64,000 nucleotides of DNA. Origin: Vampirovibrionales bacterium (GTDB lineage Bacteria; Cyanobacteriota; Vampirovibrionia; Vampirovibrionales; Vampirovibrionaceae). The stretch is from contig JAJCZA010000022.1 of the NCBI GenBank assembly GCA_029262635.1, forward strand, positions 58,222-122,221, read 5' to 3'. A model generated the notes under the pieces. It did not search any database, was not told the DNA's origin, and saw only the letters and a program-made list of their open reading frames with translations. Made by a program: the position numbers and the translations under genes. Shown here piece by piece: positions 50,978 through 60,290 of the stretch; positions within the stretch are counted from its first letter, which is position 1, and each line of letters opens with the position of its first letter.

Positions 50978-52185
50978 AAGGCGGCAGGTGTTGCAGCGGC
51001 CTCCGAGAGTCGGGCCGTGATTTTATACCGGGAAATATTTAGGAGAATACCCATCATCAATAACGAAATAATGAGCGACGTTCCCCCGTAACTAACAAAG
51101 GGCAGGGTAACCCCCGTCACAGGCATCATACCAATGGCAACGGAAATATTCATAATCGCTTGCAGAGTCAAGGTCGTGGTAATGCCGAAAGCCAGCATCT
51201 GGCCAAACGTACTGGGACAGTTCATTGCGATGGTGAATCCTCGCCAGGCAATGAAACCGAATAAAGCCATAATAATCAGACCACCAAAAAGCCCCCATTC
51301 CTCACAGATAACCGAAAAGATAAAGTCAGTATAAGGAAAGGGTAGGTAAGCCAGTTTTTCGATAGAGTGACCATACCCTAAGCCGAATAATCCGCCCGAA
51401 CCAATAGCAAAATAAGAATGAATCAGATTGTAGCCTTTATCCTGAGGGTCTCCCCAAGGATCCAGCCAACCCGTGATGCGTCGCCACTGGTATTCAGTCG
51501 CCATAATTTTATTCATCATCTTGTAGCCAATTAACGAACCGCCAATAAACAGAAACGTCAGAGGAAACCCACCAAGAAACAGCATAACCACGCTTAACAG
51601 GCCAATAATAATAGAAACACTCAAGCTAGGTTGCTGATAGATCAAAAAAATCATCATGGAAATAAGAAACATGTTCACCACAAAGGTCATCGAGATAATT
51701 TTTCGCTGACTGGCAACTTGCGCCATTAGAATCGCCGCCGAAAGCTTGGCTAAATCCGAAGGCTGAAACTGGAATCCAAACGGCAGAGGAATCCATCGTT
51801 CACTGCCGTTGGCCGTGACCCCGATGACCATGGTCAGCCCCAACAGACAAATCGAGATAATCGCCCAAAGTTTAGCCGTACTTCGCCAAAATTGAAAATT
51901 TACGCGGGAGATAACAAACATAAGAATAAAGCCGGCAACGGCAAATAGAATCTGTTTATTGACAATGGTAAAACTATTGCCTGTCTCCAGTTGAGCTTCA
52001 TGAGCGCTGGCCGAAAACACAGAAGCCAACCCCATGCCAACCAGTACAAAAATGGCCAACGTCAGTGGACGATCCATGGCTGTTACTCGTGTTTCATGGG
52101 TTACCTGAACATCCGAATCAACTGGCTTGGGAGCTGTTGGCGGTTTGTTATGTTTTCTTCGGCGTGGATTCGTAATAAGTTCCAT
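50974..52185 (-). CDS. ftsW: FtsW/RodA/SpoVE (SEDS) family peptidoglycan polymerase
   Basis: SEDS signature near the C-terminus (GSGGLFGLGYGHS...LPFPYTDFIFSVI) and 10 TM helices. Located between murD and murG. Confidence 0.85.
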   Translation of the reverse strand: MELITNPRRRKHNKPPTAPKPVDSDVQVTHETRVTAMDRPLTLAIFVLVGMGLASVFSASAHEAQLETGNSFTIVNKQILFAVAGFILMFVISRVNFQFWRSTAKLWAIISICLLGLTMVIGVTANGSERWIPLPFGFQFQPSDLAKLSAAILMAQVASQRKIISMTFVVNMFLISMMIFLIYQQPSLSVSIIIGLLSVVMLFLGGFPLTFLFIGGSLIGYKMMNKIMATEYQWRRITGWLDPWGDPQDKGYNLIHSYFAIGSGGLFGLGYGHSIEKLAYLPFPYTDFIFSVICEEWGLFGGLIIMALFGFIAWRGFTIAMNCPSTFGQMLAFGITTTLTLQAIMNISVAIGMMPVTGVTLPFVSYGGTSLIISLLMMGILLNISRYKITARLSEAAATPAAL

Positions 52186-52291
52186 AGAATGGCAGGCAAC
52201 TCCCCGGCTATGACCGGTTGTTTATCATTAATCAGTGAAACAAACAGTTAGGGGCAACGCGTTTTCTCTGGTTCTCTATCCGTAGGGTAAC

Positions 52292-53776
52292 CTAAGTCTG
52301 GTGGGTGTGGATTTTATCAGCGTTACTCTTAATATTGTACACGAACCTTTTAAAGGCTTCGCCTCGTTCTTCAAAATTCTTATAATGGTCAAAACTGGCA
52401 CATGCAGGAGAAAAGAGAATCGGCTCTCCTTGCGAAAGGGTAATGGCTTTTTTTACAGCCTCTTCCAGATTATCAGCAGGATAGAACGAAGTGAATCCAC
52501 CCTGTTTAAAGGCTTCGGCAAAACGCTCTTTTTCTTCGCCTATCAATACAACAGCTTGGGCATGAGACTGAACAGCTTTCACAAAGCGTTCAAGCGGTTC
52601 ATTTTTCCCCCGTCCGCCCGCAATGATAATAACCTTCCTGTCGCCAAACGCTTGAAGAGCTGAAATAGCCGCATCCGTGTTGGTGGCTTTTGAGTCGTTA
52701 TAGAATGAAGGGCCTTCAATAGGTCCTTCCACTCGTTCCAGACGATGTTCTACACCCTTAAATGCCAAACAAGAGTCAATAATCTGTTCTTTAGAAACAC
52801 CGGACAGGTGGGCTGCCGCAATGGCGGCCATCACATTATCCTGATTGTGCTCGCCCAACACGTGAAGCTTTTGAACAGGAAACAGATCGACCGGTGGCTG
52901 ACTTTCTATCTCAAGCACGATCATGCCATTGGCCTGAACAGAGATTCGGTTTTTCTGCTGTTGAAAAACTGGGGATGTGGCCGGGTTTCGGGAAAACACA
53001 AACACATGGGCCTGAGTGTGCTGAATAATGGTTTCCGAAAGCGGATCATCCGCGTTTAAAATCGCCCATTGAGGCGACTGTTTACCGGTGAATAAACGTA
53101 ATTTAGCCCGGGTATAGGCTTCTATCGAGCCGTGCCAATTCAGGTGATCGGGCGTTAGATTTAAAAAGACAGCTATATCAGCGGTTAAGGTCGGAGAAAA
53201 TGCCAGCTGAAAAGAGCTGAGTTCAACCACCAGAGCCTCCGGCGGTAGATAATTCTCTCGTCTATCGTTAAGGCAGGTCATAACCGGATAGCCAATATTG
53301 CCACAGGCCGGAGCGTTCTTTCCAGCGCTCTGAAGTGTATTGGCCAAAAGGGTAGTGGTGGTGGTTTTTCCGTTGGTACCGGTAATACCAATCCACTTCG
53401 CTTTTTGCTCGCCTCGACTTTTATTTTCCCGATAAGCCAGCTCCACTTCGCTGATAACTTCCAATCCGCTAACTTTCAGTTGATTAACAACCGGATTAGA
53501 AGGGAGGATTCCCGGACTAATCACCACTTGCGGCGCATGGGTGTACACTTGCTTACTATGACCACCCATTTCCAATAGGCACCCCAGGGCTTCCAGACTC
53601 TCTCGTTGAGCCGCGTTGGTGGGGGTTGCCGGGAGGACATCACTCAAAAAAACCTGACCGCCATGACGCAAAACATAGTCCGCTACAGAAATACCGCTTC
53701 TCGACAGGCCCAGTACCGTGATCGGCCGGTTATCCCACTCAGGTGAAGGTAAATTTGTCGTAGAAGAATGTGGCAT
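52292..53776 (-). CDS. murD: UDP-N-acetylmuramoylalanine--D-glutamate ligase
   Basis: ITGTNGKTTTTTL P-loop. Mur ligase domain order. Confidence 0.9.
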   Translation of the reverse strand: MPHSSTTNLPSPEWDNRPITVLGLSRSGISVADYVLRHGGQVFLSDVLPATPTNAAQRESLEALGCLLEMGGHSKQVYTHAPQVVISPGILPSNPVVNQLKVSGLEVISEVELAYRENKSRGEQKAKWIGITGTNGKTTTTTLLANTLQSAGKNAPACGNIGYPVMTCLNDRRENYLPPEALVVELSSFQLAFSPTLTADIAVFLNLTPDHLNWHGSIEAYTRAKLRLFTGKQSPQWAILNADDPLSETIIQHTQAHVFVFSRNPATSPVFQQQKNRISVQANGMIVLEIESQPPVDLFPVQKLHVLGEHNQDNVMAAIAAAHLSGVSKEQIIDSCLAFKGVEHRLERVEGPIEGPSFYNDSKATNTDAAISALQAFGDRKVIIIAGGRGKNEPLERFVKAVQSHAQAVVLIGEEKERFAEAFKQGGFTSFYPADNLEEAVKKAITLSQGEPILFSPACASFDHYKNFEERGEAFKRFVYNIKSNADKIHTHQT

Positions 53777-54778
53777 CTACCCATTGTACAGCAAGACAGC
53801 CGTGGTACATAGCAGGGCCTGAAAAAAAATAAAACTGCCGACCACCCGATTTTCGCTCCAGCCACACAGCTCAAAATGATGATGAATGGGACTCATTTTA
53901 AAAATCCGTTTGCCGGTCAGTTTAAATGAAGCCACCTGAAGAATAACTGACAGGGCTTCGATTAAAAACACAGCCCCAATCAGAATAAGCCAAACCTCTG
54001 ACTGGGACAAAACGGCCATAGTGCCAAGGGCTCCGCCAAGGGCTAAACTACCCGTATCTCCCATGAAGATCTTAGCCGGACGCATATTGAAAAAGAAAAA
54101 GGCAAGCAAGGCGCCGGTTAAAACAATGCAAAAGTTGGCTAAGTCAGGATATGATGGGGCGTGGGTTGGATCCTGATATCCGCCACTAAAGATTAATGCG
54201 AACGCTAATAGAGAAATAATCGCGGTTCCCCCTGCCAGCCCATCAAGCCCGTCGGTTAAATTAACCGCATTCGAGGTACCCGTGACGATAAACATCGAAA
54301 AAACAGGATAAAGCCAGCCCAATTCTAACGCACCCCAATTAAAAACAGCGATTTGTGTAACCGGGAAGGCCGCCATCATATAGAACCCAACGCCAAGTCC
54401 ACAGAGCGCCTGAATCAACAATTTAGCGTAACCCGAAAGGCCCTTGTTCTGTTTTTTTGCAATTTTTAGATAGTCATCCAGAAATCCGAGTCCCGCCAAA
54501 AGGAGCGTTACACCCAATGTAATCCCGTACTCTGTGGAAAGCAGACTATTACCATCAAGCCACGAAATGACCGGAACACCCATAAGAACACCGATGATAA
54601 CGATAACGCCGCCAGACGTTGGGGTCCCTTCTTTGGCTTGATGATGTTGAGGGCCATCTTCTCGGATATATTGGCCCATCATTTTCCGTTTTAAAAACCA
54701 AATATATAGCGGCATTAGCACCATGACAACCAGAAAAGGGATCAAACCCATTAATGCGTAGTGGATACGAAGATCCAT
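53777..54778 (-). CDS. mraY: phospho-N-acetylmuramoyl-pentapeptide transferase
   Basis: Start placed at the internal ATG (MDLRIHYALMGLIP...). The 75-codon upstream extension in the ORF track overlaps murF and has no MraY homology. Conserved NAVNLTDGLDGL and MGDTGSLALGG motifs. Confidence 0.9.
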   Translation of the reverse strand: MDLRIHYALMGLIPFLVVMVLMPLYIWFLKRKMMGQYIREDGPQHHQAKEGTPTSGGVIVIIGVLMGVPVISWLDGNSLLSTEYGITLGVTLLLAGLGFLDDYLKIAKKQNKGLSGYAKLLIQALCGLGVGFYMMAAFPVTQIAVFNWGALELGWLYPVFSMFIVTGTSNAVNLTDGLDGLAGGTAIISLLAFALIFSGGYQDPTHAPSYPDLANFCIVLTGALLAFFFFNMRPAKIFMGDTGSLALGGALGTMAVLSQSEVWLILIGAVFLIEALSVILQVASFKLTGKRIFKMSPIHHHFELCGWSENRVVGSFIFFQALLCTTAVLLYNG

Positions 54779-54807
54779 GGTATGTTTTGTCCTTTTTCTT
54801 CTATGTT

Positions 54808-56250
54808 CTAAGGGGTTAAAAAGGCTTCCGGGATTTTTTCCAGTGCGTAGACACGGGAACCTTTCAAATAAAGATTGCAATTCTCCAGCGCTCGTCCCGA
54901 AGTCTGTAACGATTCTAACAGGGATTTTGCCATCTCGGCAGGAGTGCCTCTTAAGGTTTGGATTGGATAATCGGCCGATTTCCGGGCAGTTGACTCTACC
55001 CAAGGGGCTTCATCGCCCACTAAAAACAGAGCGTCAATCCCTTTTTGCTGGCCAAGCCACTGTCCCAATTTCTGATGCTCGGTTTCAGACCGTGCGTCCA
55101 ATTCTTTCATGCCCCCTAAGATTAAAAAACGTTTTTGGTCTCCTGAATGACCTTGCAAAAAGGCGGATAGTGACGCTCGGACACTCTCCGGGTTCGCATT
55201 GTAAGCGTCGTTAACTACTCGAACTCGCTGAAAGCCCTCTAAAAAATAAGTTTTTCCTCGGCCTTCGCTTGGAACAAACTGCGCCAGTCCTTTTGCGACT
55301 TTGGAAAGAGGGAGTTCAAGACGTTCGCCAACTTTGATAACAGCCAGAGCGTTTGCAATCATATGATCACCAGGAACTGAAAGTTGAAACGTTTTTCCAC
55401 AATAACAAAATGAAGTTTTTTCGTTGGCAAAAAGCGTTCGGTTTTCTGCTTCCGCAAGCGAATAAACCCGCTGTTCGCCCGACCAAGCCAACTGGGCGGT
55501 TTCCATCAGACGGGCATCATCGCCATTGAGAATGGCAACACCCGTGGCTGGATCCATGCCCTCAAAAATTTCACACTTGGCTTGAGCAATATTTTCGAGT
55601 GAGCCCAAGCGGCCAATATGTGCCGAACCCACGTTAATAATGAGGGCCATATCCGGTTCCGCGTATCGAGAAAGCAAAGCAATTTCGCCCAGCCCTCGCA
55701 TGCCCATTTCCACGATCATCAGTTGCGTTTCAGGCTGAATACTTAACAGGGTCTGACTAACTCCAACTTCGTTGTTGAAGTTTTTCTGAGTACATTGGGT
55801 CGGTAATAACGACGAAAAGACGGTAAAGAGCATTTCCTTGGTGGTGGTTTTTCCAGAACTGCCCGTAAGTGCCAGAATGGTTGCTCCCATACGGCGCCGG
55901 TGCCATTGGGCTAAAGCCAAATAGGTTTCAGTGGTATCGGAAACCACAATAACGGGGAGAGGGGCTTTCCATTCAGAATATTTCTTAAGCCAGTGTTCGG
56001 CAACAAAGGCGCCTCCGGCACCTTGAGCAAACGCACGGTCTAAAAAGTCATGGCCATCAAAACTTTCGCCAAGAAGGGGTAAATACCAATCGCCCGCTTT
56101 TAAGGTTCGAGAATCGGTCGAGAGGCCATAGTTTTTTTCTGATCTCAAAGGCCAACTCAGGGTTCGAACGGCTAGAGCCGAAGTAGCTTTTAACAGTTCA
56201 TCTCCAGTGAATCGAGCGTCTATTTTGGAGGACATATTTCCTTGGGACAT
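54808..56250 (-). CDS. murF: UDP-N-acetylmuramoyl-tripeptide--D-alanyl-D-alanine ligase
   Basis: LTGSSGKTTTKEM P-loop. Mur ligase three-domain layout. Confidence 0.85.
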   Translation of the reverse strand: MSQGNMSSKIDARFTGDELLKATSALAVRTLSWPLRSEKNYGLSTDSRTLKAGDWYLPLLGESFDGHDFLDRAFAQGAGGAFVAEHWLKKYSEWKAPLPVIVVSDTTETYLALAQWHRRRMGATILALTGSSGKTTTKEMLFTVFSSLLPTQCTQKNFNNEVGVSQTLLSIQPETQLMIVEMGMRGLGEIALLSRYAEPDMALIINVGSAHIGRLGSLENIAQAKCEIFEGMDPATGVAILNGDDARLMETAQLAWSGEQRVYSLAEAENRTLFANEKTSFCYCGKTFQLSVPGDHMIANALAVIKVGERLELPLSKVAKGLAQFVPSEGRGKTYFLEGFQRVRVVNDAYNANPESVRASLSAFLQGHSGDQKRFLILGGMKELDARSETEHQKLGQWLGQQKGIDALFLVGDEAPWVESTARKSADYPIQTLRGTPAEMAKSLLESLQTSGRALENCNLYLKGSRVYALEKIPEAFLTP

Positions 56251-56258
56251 ACCACAAA

Positions 56259-56588
56259 TTACATTCCTTCCCGGATACGAGTGCCATAAACCAGACTAAG
56301 AGTCAGTTCATCAGCAGATTGCTCTCGAGAAAAGAGAACACCACTCACTTTCGCGTCTCTTAAGGAAGCACCATTTAATTTGGCCATACTGAGATCTTGG
56401 CCTCGAAGATCGGAAGAGCGGAGGTAAGCCCCTGTCAAATCGGCTGATTTCAAATTGTATTTGCGAAGATCATACCCTCGGAGATGTGCATTGGTTAAGT
56501 CGACCGAACCTCCAAGGCTTTCAACATAGGCATTATACTCCTTCGCTTTTTCTTCCTGAATTAGTTCAAGTGCTTTTGCGTCTGCCAT
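56259..56588 (-). CDS. pentapeptide-repeat protein
   Basis: Tandem A(D/N)LxG pentapeptides (ADLTGAYLRSSDLRGQDLSMAKLNGASLRDAKVSG). Confidence 0.7.
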   Translation of the reverse strand: MADAKALELIQEEKAKEYNAYVESLGGSVDLTNAHLRGYDLRKYNLKSADLTGAYLRSSDLRGQDLSMAKLNGASLRDAKVSGVLFSREQSADELTLSLVYGTRIREGM

Positions 56589-57092
56589 AATCGAGTTCCT
56601 TATTATCTCACTTGTTTTCTATTATACTCAGAATGACAGAAAGCGTCTTGTTTCAATCTGATGCAATGGTTCCGTCCGTGATTTTTCAAAACAGAATAGC
56701 CATTGCCCCTTGCTGTTAAAAATGGTAAATAACTGGGCTACTACAGTTATTGGTTATTAGACTTTAGGGTATGATATTGTCTGTAAAGGGATGTTAGCCG
56801 CAAGGAAGCGCTCTACTTTTGTTGGTCAAAGGTTTGTTGTTTTCATGCTGAATAAAATCGTTTTTAAAACGTTTTCCCTGATAAAAACCTGTTTAACGTC
56901 AGTCAAAGCTCAGGTATAGAGGAAAGAGAAGTAGAAGAAAATTCAAGAAAAAGTGTGGGTGTTTAAGGAAAAAGACCCGTTTTATAAAAAAGAGAAAGGA
57001 AGGTGATGGTCGCTTAATCGGATATTTTTTAATCTGCCGATAAAAAAATACCGTAAAATAATTTTTGAAACCATTGAACACATATTTTAAAA

Positions 57093-57126
57093 AGCCGCTC
57101 ATCATGAAAAAGAAGCGGCTTTTTTG
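57093..57126. terminator. rho-independent terminator hairpin in the long AT-rich intergenic region
   Basis: AGCCGCT-catcatgaaaaaga-AGCGGCT followed by TTTTTT and preceded by AAAAA, so it could work on either strand. Confidence 0.45.
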
Positions 57127-57321
57127 ATAGTGGGCCAGTTTAAGTTTTTCTTGCTCCTCTGCCATTCCGGCAAAGGCGGGAGTTAAGACCAACGCAGTTG
57201 GCTTTGTTTAGGACCGAAGTCGAAAACGCCACAATCTTCTGTTTTTAGCTTTTACTGGTGTATGGTATAAGTATAAATTTATTCAAGAACTCCAATTTTA
57301 AATTGGAGAGGTATTAAGGAG

Positions 57322-57810
57322 TTGCTCGTGTTGGTTCGTCCAACGTTTATTGTGGAAGATATTACAGCATTTTCGCTGGATCTCTTGCGGGAAAAAGGAA
57401 TTCAAGGCTTTATTTTTGACTTGGATAATACCCTAATGGCACCCCATACGGGTATCATCGAAGCCTACATGCAGGAGTGGCTAATTTTGATTACCCAAGA
57501 GGGCTTTAAAACCATTTGTGTAACCAATAATAAACGATCTCACTACTATAATGCCGCGGAAAAGGTGATTAATATGCCCGTTATCGGCCATGCGAGAAAG
57601 CCAGCCAGAGAGCCTCTACTCAAGGCGGTGGATCTCTTGGAGCTCACACCGGAACAGGTGCTTGTTGTTGGTGATCGACCTTTAACCGACATTTTGGGGG
57701 GCGAGCGTATTGGCGCCTACACCATGCTGTGCGATCCCTTGACCAAACTGACCGAACCTCCGACCATTCAGTTTTTACGAAAGCTGGAACGGCTGTTTGT
57801 AAAGTCCTAA
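57322..57810 (+). CDS. HAD-superfamily phosphatase, subfamily IIIA (YqeG-like)
   Basis: DLDNTL motif I, VGDRPLTDI motif IV. Alternative (TTG/GTG) start in the ORF track, so the true start is uncertain. Confidence 0.7.
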   Translation: MLVLVRPTFIVEDITAFSLDLLREKGIQGFIFDLDNTLMAPHTGIIEAYMQEWLILITQEGFKTICVTNNKRSHYYNAAEKVINMPVIGHARKPAREPLLKAVDLLELTPEQVLVVGDRPLTDILGGERIGAYTMLCDPLTKLTEPPTIQFLRKLERLFVKS

Positions 57811-57854
57811 ACAACATGCTAAATCTTCAAGCGTTTAACCAACCCAATCAACCC

Positions 57855-59039
57855 ATGACCCTCATTGGGTTGATGTCCGGCACGTCTATGGATGGGGTGG
57901 ACGGCTGTTGCGTCTCATTGCTCCAAACAGCAAAAGGACACCTAGAAGCTAATATTTTAGGCACGGCTTCGCTAAAATTTCCAGAACCGTTGAGAAAAAA
58001 ACTGGCGGGAGTCGTAAGCGTCTCCGAAACGGATCTAGCCACCCTATGCACGCTCAACATGGAGTTAGGTGAGCTTTTTGCAAACACAGCACTAGCGGTG
58101 GTCAAAAAAAATAATCTGTCACTTCAGTCCATTAACGCGATTGGCTCCCACGGGCAGACCCTCTATCATATTCCGCCTGGAACACAATCTCCTTTGGAGG
58201 AGACACCACTGACCCCAAGCACACTTCAACTAGGTGAGCCTTCGGTAATTGCGGAACGGACGGGCATTTTAACCGTGGCGGATTTTCGCCCCCGAGACAT
58301 GGCCGCTGGCGGACAAGGGGCGCCGTTGGTGTGTCTGGCGGATCAACTATTATTTCAAGTGCCGGATCAAACCCGTTGCATCCAGAATATTGGCGGTATC
58401 GCGAACGTGACCGTTTTGCCCTCAAACCAGAGCGCTTCTGAGGAAAACGGTTTATCTGTGCCCATCGCGTTTGATACAGGGCCGGGAAATATGCTGATTG
58501 ATGAGGCGATGAACTATCTTTACGGTAAACCGTTGGATTGGGATGGAAACATCGCCGCCCAGGGAAAGGTTTGTCAAGAGCTTCTGTCGCATCTACTTGG
58601 AGAGGCTTACCTTCAGCTTCCGCCGCCAAAAACAACTGGACGAGAAGCTTTTGGGCGTTCGTTTACTTTGAATGTCCTTCAACGCTTTTCTCATGTGCCA
58701 AAAGCCGATATGATAACCACCCTGACGCGTTACACAGCAAAAACGATTGTGGACGCCTATAAGAATTTTATTTTGCCTCACCAAGCGGTAAATGAGGTAA
58801 TTATAGGTGGTGGTGGGACCTATAATCAAACGTTAATGCGTTTTATTTCAGAAGAATTTAAGAGCGAGTCACCCCAGACTCAAATTAAAACCCACGAAGA
58901 TTACGGAATCCCGAACCAGTATAAAGAAGCGTTGGCTTTTGCTGTTTTGGCCTGGGCCACGCTAAAGGGCCTGCCAGGTAACGTCCCCTCATGTACCGGC
59001 GCCCACCATGGCGCTATTTTGGGTAAGATCTGTTTTTAA
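57855..59039 (+). CDS. anmK: anhydro-N-acetylmuramic acid kinase
   Basis: LIGLMSGTSMDGVD N-terminus. Start placed at the Met just before this motif rather than the upstream extension that overlaps the HAD gene. Confidence 0.85.
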   Translation: MTLIGLMSGTSMDGVDGCCVSLLQTAKGHLEANILGTASLKFPEPLRKKLAGVVSVSETDLATLCTLNMELGELFANTALAVVKKNNLSLQSINAIGSHGQTLYHIPPGTQSPLEETPLTPSTLQLGEPSVIAERTGILTVADFRPRDMAAGGQGAPLVCLADQLLFQVPDQTRCIQNIGGIANVTVLPSNQSASEENGLSVPIAFDTGPGNMLIDEAMNYLYGKPLDWDGNIAAQGKVCQELLSHLLGEAYLQLPPPKTTGREAFGRSFTLNVLQRFSHVPKADMITTLTRYTAKTIVDAYKNFILPHQAVNEVIIGGGGTYNQTLMRFISEEFKSESPQTQIKTHEDYGIPNQYKEALAFAVLAWATLKGLPGNVPSCTGAHHGAILGKICF

Positions 59040-59045
59040 TTTGGT

Positions 59046-60290
59046 TTAATCAAGTTGCGGACTATCGTCTACAGGGTAAAGGCAACTGTGAATACCAGAA
59101 ATCAAACAGACCAGTGGAATGGCAAGTAAAAACCCTAGTGCGCCAATAAGCTGGGTACAAATCAGCAACGATAAGAGAATAAGTACAGGGTGAATATCTA
59201 ACCGGCCACCATAGATTCGGGGCAAAAACCACCGTTGCTTAATCACATAGAAGCCGGCAAGAAGACTAAAGATAACTAACATGGTAATCGGTTCTCCCGA
59301 AAAAATAAGAACCACAGCGCTGGGAAGAGCGCCGACCCATGGCCCAATAGCAGGAATAACAGAACAAATAGCAAAAAAGAAACTCAGGAATCCGGAAAAA
59401 TCAACATCGAGCAACAGGTAAACACCATAAAGCATAGCACCCGATAGAATCGCCGTCATGACCTGAACCTTTAACAGGGTAAAAAACAGAAAGTGGGTCG
59501 CATCCAGATAACGCGCCATCTTCTTACTCACTTTTGGATTCATAAGCCCGATGAAACCGCGTCGAAGTGATTCTCCATCCAGTAAAAAATAGAACAACAA
59601 CACAAAACCGGTTAAGCCATAGACCAGCCCTGTCAGGGAAGTGGTTAAAAAATCCAACACATTTGAAAAAGCAGACGTAGCCACATTTCGGAAGAACAGA
59701 ACCAGCTGACCTAAAGCGGTTTCAGAAGCTTTTAAGGAACGGTTGAGGTCATTTTCTTGATCCTGGACAACGGGATGAGAAGGGATGGCCTGAGTCTCGT
59801 TGTCTAAAATTGTCATAACGGCTTTAGGCTGGGCGGGGATGGAAGATAGTTTTATTTTAGACCAGTAATCCAGTTGTTTTTGTACTTGGGAGTAATAAGA
59901 AGGCAAAGCCTTAACAAAGCCTCCCACCTGTGTAATAACTACAGGAAAAATCTGACTGGTCGCAACAACCAGCAACAGAACAAATCCGACAAAAACAACG
60001 ACCACAGAAACCAACCGAAAACGGAGTCCCAGAGAAGGAAGTTTATTTAAACTCGATTTTAAACGGTCGGGCACTATTTTTTTAAACTGGGCTTCAAGCC
60101 AGTTAACCGGCCCCAATAAGATGTAACAGGCAAATAGAACACCCGCAAACAGGGTGACCAGTTCACTCAGGTAGGTTATCCCCTGAAAAACGATAAACAA
60201 GAAAAACAAAACGCACAAAAACAGCATATTCCGTCGAACAGTTTTGTTCAAACGATTAATCTGGCCAGCTATTTCATCGACAGGTTTCAT
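59046..60290 (-). CDS. AI-2E family transporter (PerM/UPF0118)
   Basis: Polytopic, with the family motif region (VIPAIGPWVGALPSAVV). Confidence 0.8.
   Translation of the reverse strand: MKPVDEIAGQINRLNKTVRRNMLFLCVLFFLFIVFQGITYLSELVTLFAGVLFACYILLGPVNWLEAQFKKIVPDRLKSSLNKLPSLGLRFRLVSVVVVFVGFVLLLVVATSQIFPVVITQVGGFVKALPSYYSQVQKQLDYWSKIKLSSIPAQPKAVMTILDNETQAIPSHPVVQDQENDLNRSLKASETALGQLVLFFRNVATSAFSNVLDFLTTSLTGLVYGLTGFVLLFYFLLDGESLRRGFIGLMNPKVSKKMARYLDATHFLFFTLLKVQVMTAILSGAMLYGVYLLLDVDFSGFLSFFFAICSVIPAIGPWVGALPSAVVLIFSGEPITMLVIFSLLAGFYVIKQRWFLPRIYGGRLDIHPVLILLSLLICTQLIGALGFLLAIPLVCLISGIHSCLYPVDDSPQLD

Noticed and set aside
54779-55003. N-terminal 75-codon extension of the mraY ORF in the six-frame track
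   Set aside because: The extension overlaps the 3-prime end of murF in another frame and has no similarity to MraY. The conserved MraY N-terminus begins at the internal Met (MDLRIHY...).
56899-57192. 97-aa minus-strand ORF in the long intergenic region
   Set aside because: Phe/Lys-rich low-complexity translation of AT-rich DNA that spans the terminator hairpin. No RBS. Most likely non-coding.
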